A stretch of 31,875 nt of DNA from Promethearchaeota archaeon (GTDB lineage Archaea; Asgardarchaeota; Lokiarchaeia; Sigyniarchaeales; SOKP01), in contig JAFGGO010000043.1 in the NCBI GenBank assembly GCA_016930515.1, positions 1-31,875 of the forward strand. The letters run 5' to 3'. Below, one piece after another: positions 1-9,866 of the stretch. Under the pieces are notes generated by a model. That model was not told the origin of the DNA. It ran no database searches and saw only the letters and a list, made by a program, of their open reading frames with translations. The first letter of the stretch is position 1. The number at the start of each line of letters is the position of its first letter. The translations under genes were made by a program, and so were the position numbers.

Positions 1-102
1 AATAATAAAAGGAAATACGATTTCTCGAGCAAATCTATAAAGTTTAGTTCTCTTGAAAAAGGATAATCTCTTAATTATCTTGAAAATACTGTTAATTACC
101 AT
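1..102 (-). CDS. 5' part of a probable CDS running off the left edge (MVINSIFKIIKRLSFFKRTKLYRFAREIVFPFII...)
   Basis: ATG at 102 on the minus strand with an open frame to base 1; divergent from the GT2 gene; too short to assign a function. Confidence 0.4.
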   Translation of the reverse strand, partial: MVINSIFKIIKRLSFFKRTKLYRFAREIVFPFII

Positions 103-304
103 TGTTATATTTTAAAGTAAAAATAAAATTAAACATAATGATTTTTTTTTAATAATGATATTCTTGGATTTTATATAAAATAAATAACTTCCATTTGATT
201 ATTTAATCTTAATAATTAAGGATTAGAAAAATTGATATGTAAAGAGAACCTTCATTGATTTAACCACCTTATATAGATTTTACTAATTTAGATTGTAATA
301 TAAT

Positions 305-1501
305 ATGATATCCCTTCAGCTTATTATTGATTACATTTTTTCAATTTATTTTATCATCACCATTGGATTATTGGTCACTTTATTTCACTTCATGTTATAT
401 CTTCTTAAAGATCATAAAAAGATTAGAAATATTTTAAACTATAGAGATAAAGTGGAAAAAAATTATCGCGAATTAAAAGAAGAACCTTTAATAAATATTA
501 TTGTTCCTGCATGGAACGAAGGTGATGAATTCGCTGAAACCCTATCTGCAATCAAAAATTTAAGTTATCCTCACTTAAAAGTTTTCATCAATGTTGGTGG
601 AAATGATAAAACAATTAAAATTGGTACTTCATTTCAAAATGATAATAGGTTTGAAATTTTATACCAAAAAAGAGGTGAAGGTAAAAATAAAGCCATTAAC
701 GAGTGTTTAAAAAAAGTGACGGAGGGTTTGATATATATTATTGATGCGGATATAATTCTCACGGATGATATTTTTTATTATATGATTTATTATCTGATCG
801 ACAAAGATTACGATATTATTGTATCTTCTATTTATCCCCACCATTCAATTTCCGAGAAAAATATAGTAAAATACCTTTGTATCTACCGCAATAGGGAATT
901 TTGGAAACCTTATTCTCCAAACAAGATACAAAATCTATTAGGTGTGAATTTTTGCTTTAATCTTAAAGTACTAAGAGAAATTAGGCAATTTCCTGAGGGA
1001 AAACTACAAGACGATAATGCGGCTAACGCTTCCGTTTTAAATACAAAGAACTTTAAGTTCTTTCATTTGTATAACAAAAGAGCGGAGAGCTTTACATTTC
1101 CTACCAAATTAAAAGTTTCAATGAATCAAAATATTCGATATCTACAAAATTCATGGATGTATAATCTAAAACAACATAATTTTTTTATCATAATAAAACT
1201 CATTACATCACTAATTATATCCATCTACCTTCTCGTTTTTCCATTGTTTCTATTTCTTCATATTAATTTTTTTATTCTTGGTATTATAATCTTATTAAGT
1301 CAATATATTACAAGACTTAGAGCATATACTTTTTATTTAAAAACAAATCAAATCAATTACAGGATTAAAATTTCTAAGAATTTCTTTTTAGCATTGATAT
1401 TTTTTATATATATTGACGCTATAAATAGGATACTAGCTTTCATAGAATTAATATTTATGAGAGATAAATATAAACAGAGAAAAAATCTTACAGATAAGTA
1501 A
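305..1501 (+). CDS. Glycosyltransferase family 2 (GT-A), membrane-bound, resembling processive GT2 enzymes
   Basis: IIVPAWNE start of the GT2 domain, GKNKAIN, DAD (DxD) motif, a DD pair and QNIRY as a QxxRW variant; N- and C-terminal hydrophobic helices. Confidence 0.85.
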   Translation: MISLQLIIDYIFSIYFIITIGLLVTLFHFMLYLLKDHKKIRNILNYRDKVEKNYRELKEEPLINIIVPAWNEGDEFAETLSAIKNLSYPHLKVFINVGGNDKTIKIGTSFQNDNRFEILYQKRGEGKNKAINECLKKVTEGLIYIIDADIILTDDIFYYMIYYLIDKDYDIIVSSIYPHHSISEKNIVKYLCIYRNREFWKPYSPNKIQNLLGVNFCFNLKVLREIRQFPEGKLQDDNAANASVLNTKNFKFFHLYNKRAESFTFPTKLKVSMNQNIRYLQNSWMYNLKQHNFFIIIKLITSLIISIYLLVFPLFLFLHINFFILGIIILLSQYITRLRAYTFYLKTNQINYRIKISKNFFLALIFFIYIDAINRILAFIELIFMRDKYKQRKNLTDK

Positions 1502-1654
1502 TCTATAAAAAATTGCTTTTAATTAAAAGATAATTATTGGAAATAAGCGAAATTAAGGAATGTTACAAAATTAAAAAAGATTTTTATAATTAGAATAATA
1601 TAATCTTAATTCAATTTAAATATGAGGAATTATTAATGTGTTTGGGCTTATAAA

Positions 1655-3136
1655 TTATTGTATTTTCTCAATATAATTCTTCCATCCACGTGTTGGTTTA
1701 AATACTATAGTATTAACAATTGTATTTATCTTTTTTTGATTCCAATGAATATTATTTGAAAATATCACAAGATCTTCGGGAAAATGTTCTGTAATTCGAT
1801 TATGTTCTATTTTAAAAATTTCTTTAATCTGAGGAATTTTTTTATAATTATAATTAAGTATTTCAGTTATAGCTAAATCCATCATCACAGGATCAAATCC
1901 ACATAAAATTAGATTTGATTTGTTTTCAGAAGGTTCTAAAGGTCCCTCTGATTGACCACTTATAATGCCATCACAGATATAAAATCTTTTTCTTTGAGGA
2001 GTTGTGCTCATCTTTCCTTTACGGTCAGAATAAAGTAATATTTGGTTAAGATCTGCTATTGTACGCCATAAAGTATCATTTCCAAACCAACTACCTTCAA
2101 GGTATTTGTCTTTTTTGGATAATCTTATTAGTTTGCGAAGAATGTGAAGAATAAGAAATAATGGGATATTTAGAATTTTATATAATCTAGGATATTTTAT
2201 TATCATTTTATCTTCGAATTCTTCAATAATCCTATAAACCTTTTTAATCGTACTTTTCTTAATATATTCATCTCCTCCTTCGCAAAGTGCGCCTTTTCTA
2301 TGATGGGGGAGCCAATCCTTATGTCCATTAATCCCAATATTATTTTTTAAGCAACCAGTTATGCCTGCTTTTCTGTGAGACTTTATTTTGGGCATATTAA
2401 TGACAACATTCGCATGTATAACAGAATTACTAATTAAATATTTATGGGAATTATTATTGTGGGCTTTTTTCATCACATGAGGATCATAATTTGTAACTCG
2501 AAACCTAAGATAGTCTAGATTTTGAGATAATAGATTTAAATTACTATTATCTTTAAGATCGATAACACTATAACCTTTAGGATCTCCTTTTTTTTTATTT
2601 ATTTTAATTGTTCTATATTTTGATTTTTGGAAAGGTTTAATTGTCATCAGTTCAGTTCTAAAATCAAAAAGGTTTATGTTAATGTTTTTTGATTTTATAA
2701 AATCTACAGTCTTTTTTAACCCATTTCTCTTTATTAAATCATCAAAATCACATCTCTGTAAAGGTGCGTCGCCTATTATAATTTTCCCTTTTCCTTTTAA
2801 GGCGATCCATACAAAATCAACAACTACACGAATAAGGGAAGAATGAGTTGTTAATAAATCTTGAAATTTATCGTGATTTAAGACTAAATTTGGTTTGATT
2901 ACTACACAGTCCCCAGGAGAAATTATTTCTTTAAATGGATTCCAATTTTTAGTACCAAAATTTTCAATGTCTAATTTCATTAAAACCAATAATTTCCGAA
3001 ATTGATCATAAACAAAATTTGGTTTATCTGATATTTCTTGAAATGGATATTCAGGATATTTATTACTTGGATGAAAAGGAGGATTTCTTGGATAAGAACC
3101 CACCGTTTTATAAACATAAACATTTGATGATAACAT
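1655..3136 (-). CDS. DUF362-domain protein
   Basis: VVIKPNLV, TTHSSLIRVV, IIIGDAP, INMPKIKSH-x-KAGITGCLKN, DGIISGQSEGP and DPVMMD motifs typical of DUF362. Confidence 0.75.
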   Translation of the reverse strand: MLSSNVYVYKTVGSYPRNPPFHPSNKYPEYPFQEISDKPNFVYDQFRKLLVLMKLDIENFGTKNWNPFKEIISPGDCVVIKPNLVLNHDKFQDLLTTHSSLIRVVVDFVWIALKGKGKIIIGDAPLQRCDFDDLIKRNGLKKTVDFIKSKNININLFDFRTELMTIKPFQKSKYRTIKINKKKGDPKGYSVIDLKDNSNLNLLSQNLDYLRFRVTNYDPHVMKKAHNNNSHKYLISNSVIHANVVINMPKIKSHRKAGITGCLKNNIGINGHKDWLPHHRKGALCEGGDEYIKKSTIKKVYRIIEEFEDKMIIKYPRLYKILNIPLFLILHILRKLIRLSKKDKYLEGSWFGNDTLWRTIADLNQILLYSDRKGKMSTTPQRKRFYICDGIISGQSEGPLEPSENKSNLILCGFDPVMMDLAITEILNYNYKKIPQIKEIFKIEHNRITEHFPEDLVIFSNNIHWNQKKINTIVNTIVFKPTRGWKNYIEKIQ

Positions 3137-3235
3137 TTAATAAATCAACATATATTTAGTTAATATAAAATTAAAAGAGTAAATAAAGTTAATTTTAGAA
3201 ATAGAAAAGCAAAAAATACTTTAGGTAAAAACCTA

Positions 3236-4402
3236 TCAATAAATTTTTTCGATTAGTTGCTTGAACATTTCTATTTCGATATCAGTAGAATAATTTTTGA
3301 ATACAAAATCTTTTGCTTCTTTTTTCAACAAATAGAACTTGGTGGGATTATTTTTCCAAATATTATATACATAGAGAATTCTTTCATAAATATTATTAGC
3401 GTTTAATTTTTCTAGAAAGAATGCAAAAGGTTTATCTTTTAATAATTCAATAGATCCAATTGTTTTTGTGCATATAACTATCAAACTCGCGCCCAATGCT
3501 TCCATTATTGCTCTTGGAAATGGTTCAATTCTGGAAGAAAATAAAAATACATCAGCTTTTTTGTAATATTCTGAAACTAATTCGTTGCTAATATATCCAT
3601 TAAATTTAACATTATTAGGGAATTTGAGTTCTAATGCTTTAATCTCCGATTCTAATGGCCCCATACCAGAAAATTCGAAAAAAATATCTAAATCTTTGTT
3701 ATTCGCAAGAAGTAAATGAATTCCCTTCAATAATTCACCCACCCCCTTGTGGATATCATCAAAATATCCTATATATGAAAAAATTAACTTATTATTATCT
3801 CCTTGTTTAGTACTTTTTTCATAATTTCTTAGATCGATTCCATGGGTGATATGAAAGACTCTATTCTTATTTAAAAACAATTCTAAATATTTCTTTGTAC
3901 TTTTTGATAGAGCGTGATGGAAAATTCGCTTTTGAAATAGAGATAATAAAAGTATTGACAACTGATATTTAAGATTATACAATGAGATTAATTTTTTAAC
4001 TTGTATGGGTTTTCTATAACCAAAAATAAATTTAGCTTTTCGATGAAAAATACTAAAAATGATAAACATTAAAGTGTCCTTAATGTTAGAATAAGATGTG
4101 TATATTATATCATACTTAGTGATTAAACGATATAACTTGAGAAAATCCTGAGGATAAATTATAGAAAATAATAAATTCATAAGTTTTAAAGTTGCGAATC
4201 TTATTCTTCCCTCTATCCTAACCCCTCTAAGTTTTTTTATTATCGCTTTTTTTGATAAAATTTTAGATTCGTAAAATAAGCTTGAATGAATAAATCCTAC
4301 ATTAAAATATTTATTAAGTCCTGTCGCTAATTCCATAGAGGATATTTCACCACCTCTCCCAGATTCGATAGCCCTAGGTGAGTAAATAAGTATTTTTACC
4401 AT
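3236..4402 (-). CDS. Glycosyltransferase family 4 (GT-B)
   Basis: N-terminal GGE, HGID, HKG, and DVFLFSSRIEPFPRAIMEALG (E-x7-E motif). Confidence 0.9.
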   Translation of the reverse strand: MVKILIYSPRAIESGRGGEISSMELATGLNKYFNVGFIHSSLFYESKILSKKAIIKKLRGVRIEGRIRFATLKLMNLLFSIIYPQDFLKLYRLITKYDIIYTSYSNIKDTLMFIIFSIFHRKAKFIFGYRKPIQVKKLISLYNLKYQLSILLLSLFQKRIFHHALSKSTKKYLELFLNKNRVFHITHGIDLRNYEKSTKQGDNNKLIFSYIGYFDDIHKGVGELLKGIHLLLANNKDLDIFFEFSGMGPLESEIKALELKFPNNVKFNGYISNELVSEYYKKADVFLFSSRIEPFPRAIMEALGASLIVICTKTIGSIELLKDKPFAFFLEKLNANNIYERILYVYNIWKNNPTKFYLLKKEAKDFVFKNYSTDIEIEMFKQLIEKIY

Positions 4403-4481
4403 TTTTTCTGCTAAAAATTGAATATTAAGAAATAATAATTAAAGTCTAAAATTAAAAATTCTTATTTTAAGGAGGAAAAAA

Positions 4482-5195
4482 TTATAAATTTAATTCCTTT
4501 TTTTGGAGTTTTACTAGTTCGAGTATCCCTTTTTCTCCAATATTCATTATTTCATTCAGATTTTCCTTATTAAAGGGTTTTCCTTCAGCAGTTCCCTGAA
4601 TTTCGATAAACTCGCTCTTCTCATTCATCACTATGTTAATATCCACATCGACTTTCGAATCTTCTTCGTAATTTAAATCGAGCAAGATATTATTGTCTTT
4701 CAGTCCAAGAGAAACCGCCGCCGTTACCTGGTAATCTGGAAAATTCCGAATCAGGTTTTCGTTGTATAAATAATTAATTGCGTCAAATACGGCAATAAAA
4801 GAGCCAGTAATCGATGCACATCGAGTCCCACCGTCCGCTTGTATAACATCACAATCTATTTTTATCGTAAATTCGCCTAACTGCTCGTAATTAAACGCAG
4901 CCCTCATACTCCTCCCGATCAAGCGTTCAATCTCGTAGGTTCTCCCTTTGACCTTATATCGCTCTCGATTGTTCCTGTATTGAGTTGCTCTCGGCAGCAT
5001 GTTGTATTCTGCCGTGATCCATCCCGAGCCCGTGTCGGCTAAAAATCGCGGAACGGAATCTTGAACGGAGGCGGCCACAATTACTTTCGTGTTTCCTTGG
5101 CAAATTAAAACGGACCCTTCGGCGTACTTGAGATAATTTCTTTTCACAGTCGTCTTTCTGAGCTCGTCAAATTTTCTACCGTCAATTCTCTCCAT
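4482..5195 (-). CDS. rph: Ribonuclease PH, bacterial type (likely start ATG 5195 rather than TTG 5219)
   Basis: R-x-DGR N-terminus, AEGSVLI, GWITAEYNMLPRAT, GRTYEIERLIGRSMRA, DCDVIQADGGTRCASITG, LDLNYEEDS and IEIQGTAEG match bacterial Rph. Confidence 0.9.
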   Translation of the reverse strand: MERIDGRKFDELRKTTVKRNYLKYAEGSVLICQGNTKVIVAASVQDSVPRFLADTGSGWITAEYNMLPRATQYRNNRERYKVKGRTYEIERLIGRSMRAAFNYEQLGEFTIKIDCDVIQADGGTRCASITGSFIAVFDAINYLYNENLIRNFPDYQVTAAVSLGLKDNNILLDLNYEEDSKVDVDINIVMNEKSEFIEIQGTAEGKPFNKENLNEIMNIGEKGILELVKLQKKELNL

Positions 5196-5299
5196 GTTAA
5201 ACAAAATCCTTTCTGACAAAAAATATAATTACATAATATAAGATTTTATTAATATATTTTTAGCTGTTCTGTTAGAAATGTGAATGTATCAAAGATAGA

Positions 5300-6382
5300 T
5301 TAATTCATTGGATAAGAACCCAAAACCTTATACCATATAACAATATTTTTCAAATCGTCTAATAAATGCCTTATTTTAGGATCGTTTCTTGTATCTCCCT
5401 CAAAATCCATTAAAAATATATATTCCCATTTCCCCTTTCTTCTCGGTCGAGATTCTATTTTAAGCAAGTTAATATTAGCATCTGCAAAAAGTTTCAATGC
5501 ACCATATAATGCTCCAGGTATGTGTTTTGTTACAAATACTATAGAGGTTTTTACTTTTTCTTTAATAAGCTTGTTTTGTTCCTTGGAAATGATTAAAAAT
5601 CTCGTGTAGTTTGATGGGTTATCTTCTATGTTTGAATTTAATACATTTAAATCATATATTTTACTGGCTATTTCTGGTCCAATAGCAGCATTTGATGGAT
5701 CGTTGCGTTCCTTTACAATTTTTACAGCTTCAGCGGTAGAACTTGCATTGAGTAATTTTGCATTAGGAAGATTTGTTTTAGTCCACATACGAGTTTGGGC
5801 AAATCCTTGCGGATGCGAATAGATTTCTTTTATCGCAGCCATACTTGTGTCCTTTAATGTTATCAGGTTTTGGACGATTCGGAGTTCAATTTCCCCATAG
5901 ATTATTAAATCTTTCTCAATTAATAGATCTAAAGTGTCCCTTACGGTTCCTTGTAGCGTATTTTCTATTGGGACAACACCAAACTTCATTTCTCCTTTAT
6001 CGACTTTTTCAAAAACATCGGAAATTGTTTTTAATGGAATGAATTTCGTGCCCGCCTTAGGAAAGAACGCCAAAGCAGCTTGGTGCGTAAAAGTTCCCTG
6101 AGGACCAAAATAACCTACTTTCAAAATGGAATCTTGCACTGCTTTACAAGCACCAATTATTTCCTTCCAAATAGCTTCTATGTTTTCTGGATGAAGAATG
6201 GTAGTCTTAGACTTGAGATGGTCGATAACTTGTTGTTCTCTCTCGGGTTGGTAAACTTCTAAATCCCTATTTTTTTTAAGAGCTCCGATATCTCGTGCTA
6301 TTTTAGCTCTCTGATTGAGGAGTTCCATTAATTCTTCGTCAATCTTATCGATATCCGTCCTTTTTTTCTCAATTTCATTCAT
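5300..6382 (-). CDS. pheA: Bifunctional chorismate mutase / prephenate dehydratase (P-protein) with ACT domain
   Basis: AroQ-type N-terminus (R-x-x-ID-x-ID...LLNQRA), GPQGTF, VVPIEN, SHPQ, NYTRF, and the ACT motif NLLKIESRP. Confidence 0.95.
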   Translation of the reverse strand: MNEIEKKRTDIDKIDEELMELLNQRAKIARDIGALKKNRDLEVYQPEREQQVIDHLKSKTTILHPENIEAIWKEIIGACKAVQDSILKVGYFGPQGTFTHQAALAFFPKAGTKFIPLKTISDVFEKVDKGEMKFGVVPIENTLQGTVRDTLDLLIEKDLIIYGEIELRIVQNLITLKDTSMAAIKEIYSHPQGFAQTRMWTKTNLPNAKLLNASSTAEAVKIVKERNDPSNAAIGPEIASKIYDLNVLNSNIEDNPSNYTRFLIISKEQNKLIKEKVKTSIVFVTKHIPGALYGALKLFADANINLLKIESRPRRKGKWEYIFLMDFEGDTRNDPKIRHLLDDLKNIVIWYKVLGSYPMN

Positions 6383-6424
6383 ATTATTCGAATTCCAAAT
6401 TTTATTGTAGATAAATATAAAAAA

Positions 6425-8101
6425 CTATAGTAGTTTTTGAAGGTCAATTTCAAAAGCTACAACCGGGAACTCCAACTTGTAGTTTTCTATAACTTCTGGG
6501 TGAATCTCACCAATCTCACCTATTTTAACCTTTTTAAAAAGAATCTTACCACATCTACCTTTAATATATGTTGAATCATCAACAGGTTCTACATTTAAAT
6601 CTCCAAATTTTCCTAAAGCTGTTATTAAAAAATCTAAAGTAGATCTCATCTCCGTGAAATTAGCGTCTTCGTGGTAAGAAACGGCAGAAAGATGGAGATC
6701 TCTTCTTGCACCCGTTTCTTCTTTTGAATCTAAAACAATAACATCTCCAACTTCAAAAATACGAATTGGTTTTTCTTCAGATCTATTAAAGAGTAACGTT
6801 TCCATCAATTTTGGGAGTATTTTGGTTCTTAAGGTGTTGTATTCCTTGGAAACGGGATTTGTTATCTGAACGAGCGATTTTTCTTCGTATTTTTGGTTCA
6901 TAAAATCGTAATGCTTTTCAGAATTAGCGAGGATGAAGTTCAACACTTCGAGGTATCCCGCTCCAACCATTATTGTTCTGATTTTATTAGCAAGAGATTG
7001 AATTGGATGATATTGACCCATACATCCTTCTTTTATTGTCAGAGGGAGATTGAAATAACCATAACCCATGGCACATTCTTCCGTGAAATCAACAGGATGA
7101 ATAATGTCTCCTCGGAAAGCGGGCACAAATACTTCTAATATACCCTTTTTCTTGGATTTTTGTGCGTCCATTCTTACTTTTCTAAAGCATCCGATCATCT
7201 CGGTTGCGGATAGTTGTAATCCAAGGTAGCTATTGATGTATTTAATATCGACATCCCATTTAATTGGATCCAAGTTTGGAGTGGTTATCTCCTGTTTTCC
7301 TTCATATACGATTTTCACGATTTCTAACTGGGCACCCGTATCCGCTAACATCGCGGTTAAAATGTTCAATGCCAGATTAACGGATTTTTCCTCTGTTCCG
7401 GTCATCTCAATGAAGAGGTTCTTTGTATCGTCAGTTACTGTCGTGAGTATGCCATTAATAACTGGAGGAAAAGAAATGACTTGATCATCATTATCTAATA
7501 ATAGGGGAAAATTTTCCATCCCATCTAAAATATGTGCGTATTGAATTCCTTTCTCGTGATATTTCAAGATCTCTTCCAAGTCCATAGGGTCTCCATCCCC
7601 GTGTAGTGGAACGAAACTAACTTCTTTTGGGGGTACGGCTGTATATCTAAAGGGTGGTTTTAACTTATCTAAATCGTGCACGCCAATCGCAACTTTCTTT
7701 CGATCCCTTCCCACCGCCCAATGGAGTTGTTCCTGAATGTTCATCAGGGTGGCGACCTCGTCATCGTCTAAATCAATGTTTTTAATGACAGCGCAGACTA
7801 TATAAGGCCTTACATCCTTAACTTTTTCGTCAACATTCATTACAATGGTTCCTTCTGAAAGCTCGAACTTTGGAAGACCTAGTTCTAATTCGTAATATCC
7901 CTTGAGTGCTCTCGATATTCCTTCTGGACTTGAAAAATCGGGCCTATTTGGGTTATATTCCACCTTAATGGTGCGTTCTTCCTCGTTAATATCTTCTAAG
8001 TCGAGACTGATCCATTGCAAGTCGTATTCTAGATCGCTTATTATAAGTGATTTACCTACTAGTCTTTCTAATCGTTCTATTTTTAAATCTAATGTTGGCA
8101 T
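6425..8101 (-). CDS. pheT: Phenylalanine--tRNA ligase beta subunit, archaeal type
   Basis: NRPDFSSPEGISRAL, QEQLH, RKKVAIGVHD, SFPPVIN, R-x-DIIHPVD, IFEVGDV and GEIHPEV; 558 aa, the archaeal/eukaryotic length. Confidence 0.95.
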   Translation of the reverse strand: MPTLDLKIERLERLVGKSLIISDLEYDLQWISLDLEDINEEERTIKVEYNPNRPDFSSPEGISRALKGYYELELGLPKFELSEGTIVMNVDEKVKDVRPYIVCAVIKNIDLDDDEVATLMNIQEQLHWAVGRDRKKVAIGVHDLDKLKPPFRYTAVPPKEVSFVPLHGDGDPMDLEEILKYHEKGIQYAHILDGMENFPLLLDNDDQVISFPPVINGILTTVTDDTKNLFIEMTGTEEKSVNLALNILTAMLADTGAQLEIVKIVYEGKQEITTPNLDPIKWDVDIKYINSYLGLQLSATEMIGCFRKVRMDAQKSKKKGILEVFVPAFRGDIIHPVDFTEECAMGYGYFNLPLTIKEGCMGQYHPIQSLANKIRTIMVGAGYLEVLNFILANSEKHYDFMNQKYEEKSLVQITNPVSKEYNTLRTKILPKLMETLLFNRSEEKPIRIFEVGDVIVLDSKEETGARRDLHLSAVSYHEDANFTEMRSTLDFLITALGKFGDLNVEPVDDSTYIKGRCGKILFKKVKIGEIGEIHPEVIENYKLEFPVVAFEIDLQKLL

Positions 8102-8118
8102 CTTTACCTTATAACCTC

Positions 8119-9654
8119 CTAGTATGATTCATGTCGAAGCCACTTAATAGGATTCACATATAGATCTCGAATGTCCTTTCGTCCAAATTTCAACATGGCT
8201 AACCGTTCGAGACCTAATCCCCACGCCAACACCCTCGTGGGATTTTTTATTCCCCAAGGATAAGTCACTTCAGGTCGAAAGATTCCAGAACCACCCATTT
8301 CGATCCAACTGTTCAATTTATCGTAAAAAACAGAGATTTCCATGCTCGGTTCCGTGTATGGGAAGAATCCCGGTCGAGTTACGATTTTTTCAAATCCCAT
8401 TTTCTTGTAAAATTCTTTTATGATTCCAATAAGGTCGCTTAAAGTCACGTTATCTCCAATGACGATTCCCTCAATTTGTGTGAACTCTGCCAAGTGAGAT
8501 TTATCTACTTTCTCATTTCTAAACACGCGATCGATCGAAAATACTTTTATTGGAGGTTTCTCGTTTTCTTGATAATATCGTGCGAGTCTTCTTACCGTTG
8601 TTGCGGTCGTATGTGTTCTTAACAATGTTTTTTTCGCAACATTTTCGTCCCACTGATATCCCCATCCTTTTGAACCGCTTTCGCCGCCATTTTCGTGTGT
8701 CTCCTTCACGGCTGTCACGCGATCCTTATCTGGAAGCTTCGCAGTTTTTGGATTACTCAAGTAAAACGTGTCGTGCATTTCTCGAGCGGGATGATCTTGG
8801 GGTTGAAAAAGAGCGTCAAAATTAAAAAAGGCGCTTTCGATGATAGGTCCCCGAATTTCTGTAAATCCCAAAGATATGAAAATTTCCCGAATTTCGTTAA
8901 TTAAATTAATTACGGGATGTATTTTTCCTCCTTTTAACAATGGTCCTGGTTTCGAAACATCAAAAGGCTTGAGATCGTAATCTTTCCAAGATCCCGAGCT
9001 CAACATTGTAGATGTTATCTTACTTACTTGTTGAAGCTCGTTGATTTTCGATAATTCAATCTCTCGCCCTTTCTTGGTGAGCGTTATTTTTCTCAAGGTT
9101 TTTCGCTTACGGGTGATTAATTTGCGCTTATTCAACAGGTTAACGAGAGATTGTTCCTCCTTTGAAAGACCGTAATAATCAATAGATTTTTTATCCTTGA
9201 AGTGTGATAAAAATAATTCAAGAGGAGTCTCTTCAAAAGATTCTGCGATGATAAATATTTTATCTTCGCCTGATGCCTTGCTTTGAGCGACCCATCGGTT
9301 ACTTTTCAGGTTAGATAAACCTACATAAAATATTTTTTTTTCTAGTCCAGATTGTTTTAATAATTCTTGTGTGTTAATTTCTTTAAGCTTGTTTTTTAGC
9401 ATTATATTAATTAACTGTCGCTCAGGTAATCCGTTTTTCAAGTAATCTAAACCTTCCACCGTGAGTGAAACTTGATCTATTTCCTCTTCCTTGAAATTTC
9501 CTAATTTAACTTCAATAAGATCGTTTACGGCAGACATTACCACAATATAGGTCATGTTGAGCTCATCTGCGAGCTCTGATGCGACAACATCGGATTTTTT
9601 CTCTTGGAGCGCTTTTAAAACATTTATCGTTTGTTTTCTAAGTAAAACGGGCAT
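8119..9654 (-). CDS. pheS: Phenylalanine--tRNA ligase alpha subunit, archaeal type
   Basis: FNFDALFQPQDHPAREMHDTFY, LLRTHTT, DRVFRNE, HLAEFTQIEG, FPYTEPS and AWGLGLERLAM; long N-terminal winged-helix-like extension. Confidence 0.97.
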   Translation of the reverse strand: MPVLLRKQTINVLKALQEKKSDVVASELADELNMTYIVVMSAVNDLIEVKLGNFKEEEIDQVSLTVEGLDYLKNGLPERQLINIMLKNKLKEINTQELLKQSGLEKKIFYVGLSNLKSNRWVAQSKASGEDKIFIIAESFEETPLELFLSHFKDKKSIDYYGLSKEEQSLVNLLNKRKLITRKRKTLRKITLTKKGREIELSKINELQQVSKITSTMLSSGSWKDYDLKPFDVSKPGPLLKGGKIHPVINLINEIREIFISLGFTEIRGPIIESAFFNFDALFQPQDHPAREMHDTFYLSNPKTAKLPDKDRVTAVKETHENGGESGSKGWGYQWDENVAKKTLLRTHTTATTVRRLARYYQENEKPPIKVFSIDRVFRNEKVDKSHLAEFTQIEGIVIGDNVTLSDLIGIIKEFYKKMGFEKIVTRPGFFPYTEPSMEISVFYDKLNSWIEMGGSGIFRPEVTYPWGIKNPTRVLAWGLGLERLAMLKFGRKDIRDLYVNPIKWLRHESY

Positions 9655-9717
9655 GACATAAAAATCCTTACCATATTTATTTCTATGTTTTGTTTAACTC
9701 TTTAATTTATTTAAATG

Positions 9718-9866
9718 TTTTGCCACGAGGAGCGCTCTAAATTGCTCAAAATGAATGTAGAGAGAATATTATTTCACTTAATGCTGAAAATAGTTCAGAA
9801 TTGACCATCTTAAGAAGGAAATCAGCAGCCAAGAGAATTCAAGTTGAATTTATTCTCTTGGCAAAA
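9718..9866. repeat. Intergenic inverted-repeat cluster upstream of pheS
   Basis: GCCAAGAGAAT (9828-9838) / ATTCTCTTGGC (9852-9862) is a perfect 11-bp stem; TTTTGCCACGAG (9718-9729) / CTCTTGGCAAAA (9855-9866) pair at 11 of 12 positions; TGCTGA (9782-9787) / TCAGCA (9822-9827). Confidence 0.75.

Noticed and set aside
4482-5219. Calling this gene archaeal exosome subunit Rrp41
   Set aside because: The motifs are those of bacterial Rph and no rrp4 or rrp42 neighbour is present
5628-8904. Short plus-strand ORFs inside pheA, pheT and pheS
   Set aside because: Antisense shadows of well-supported genes with no motifs
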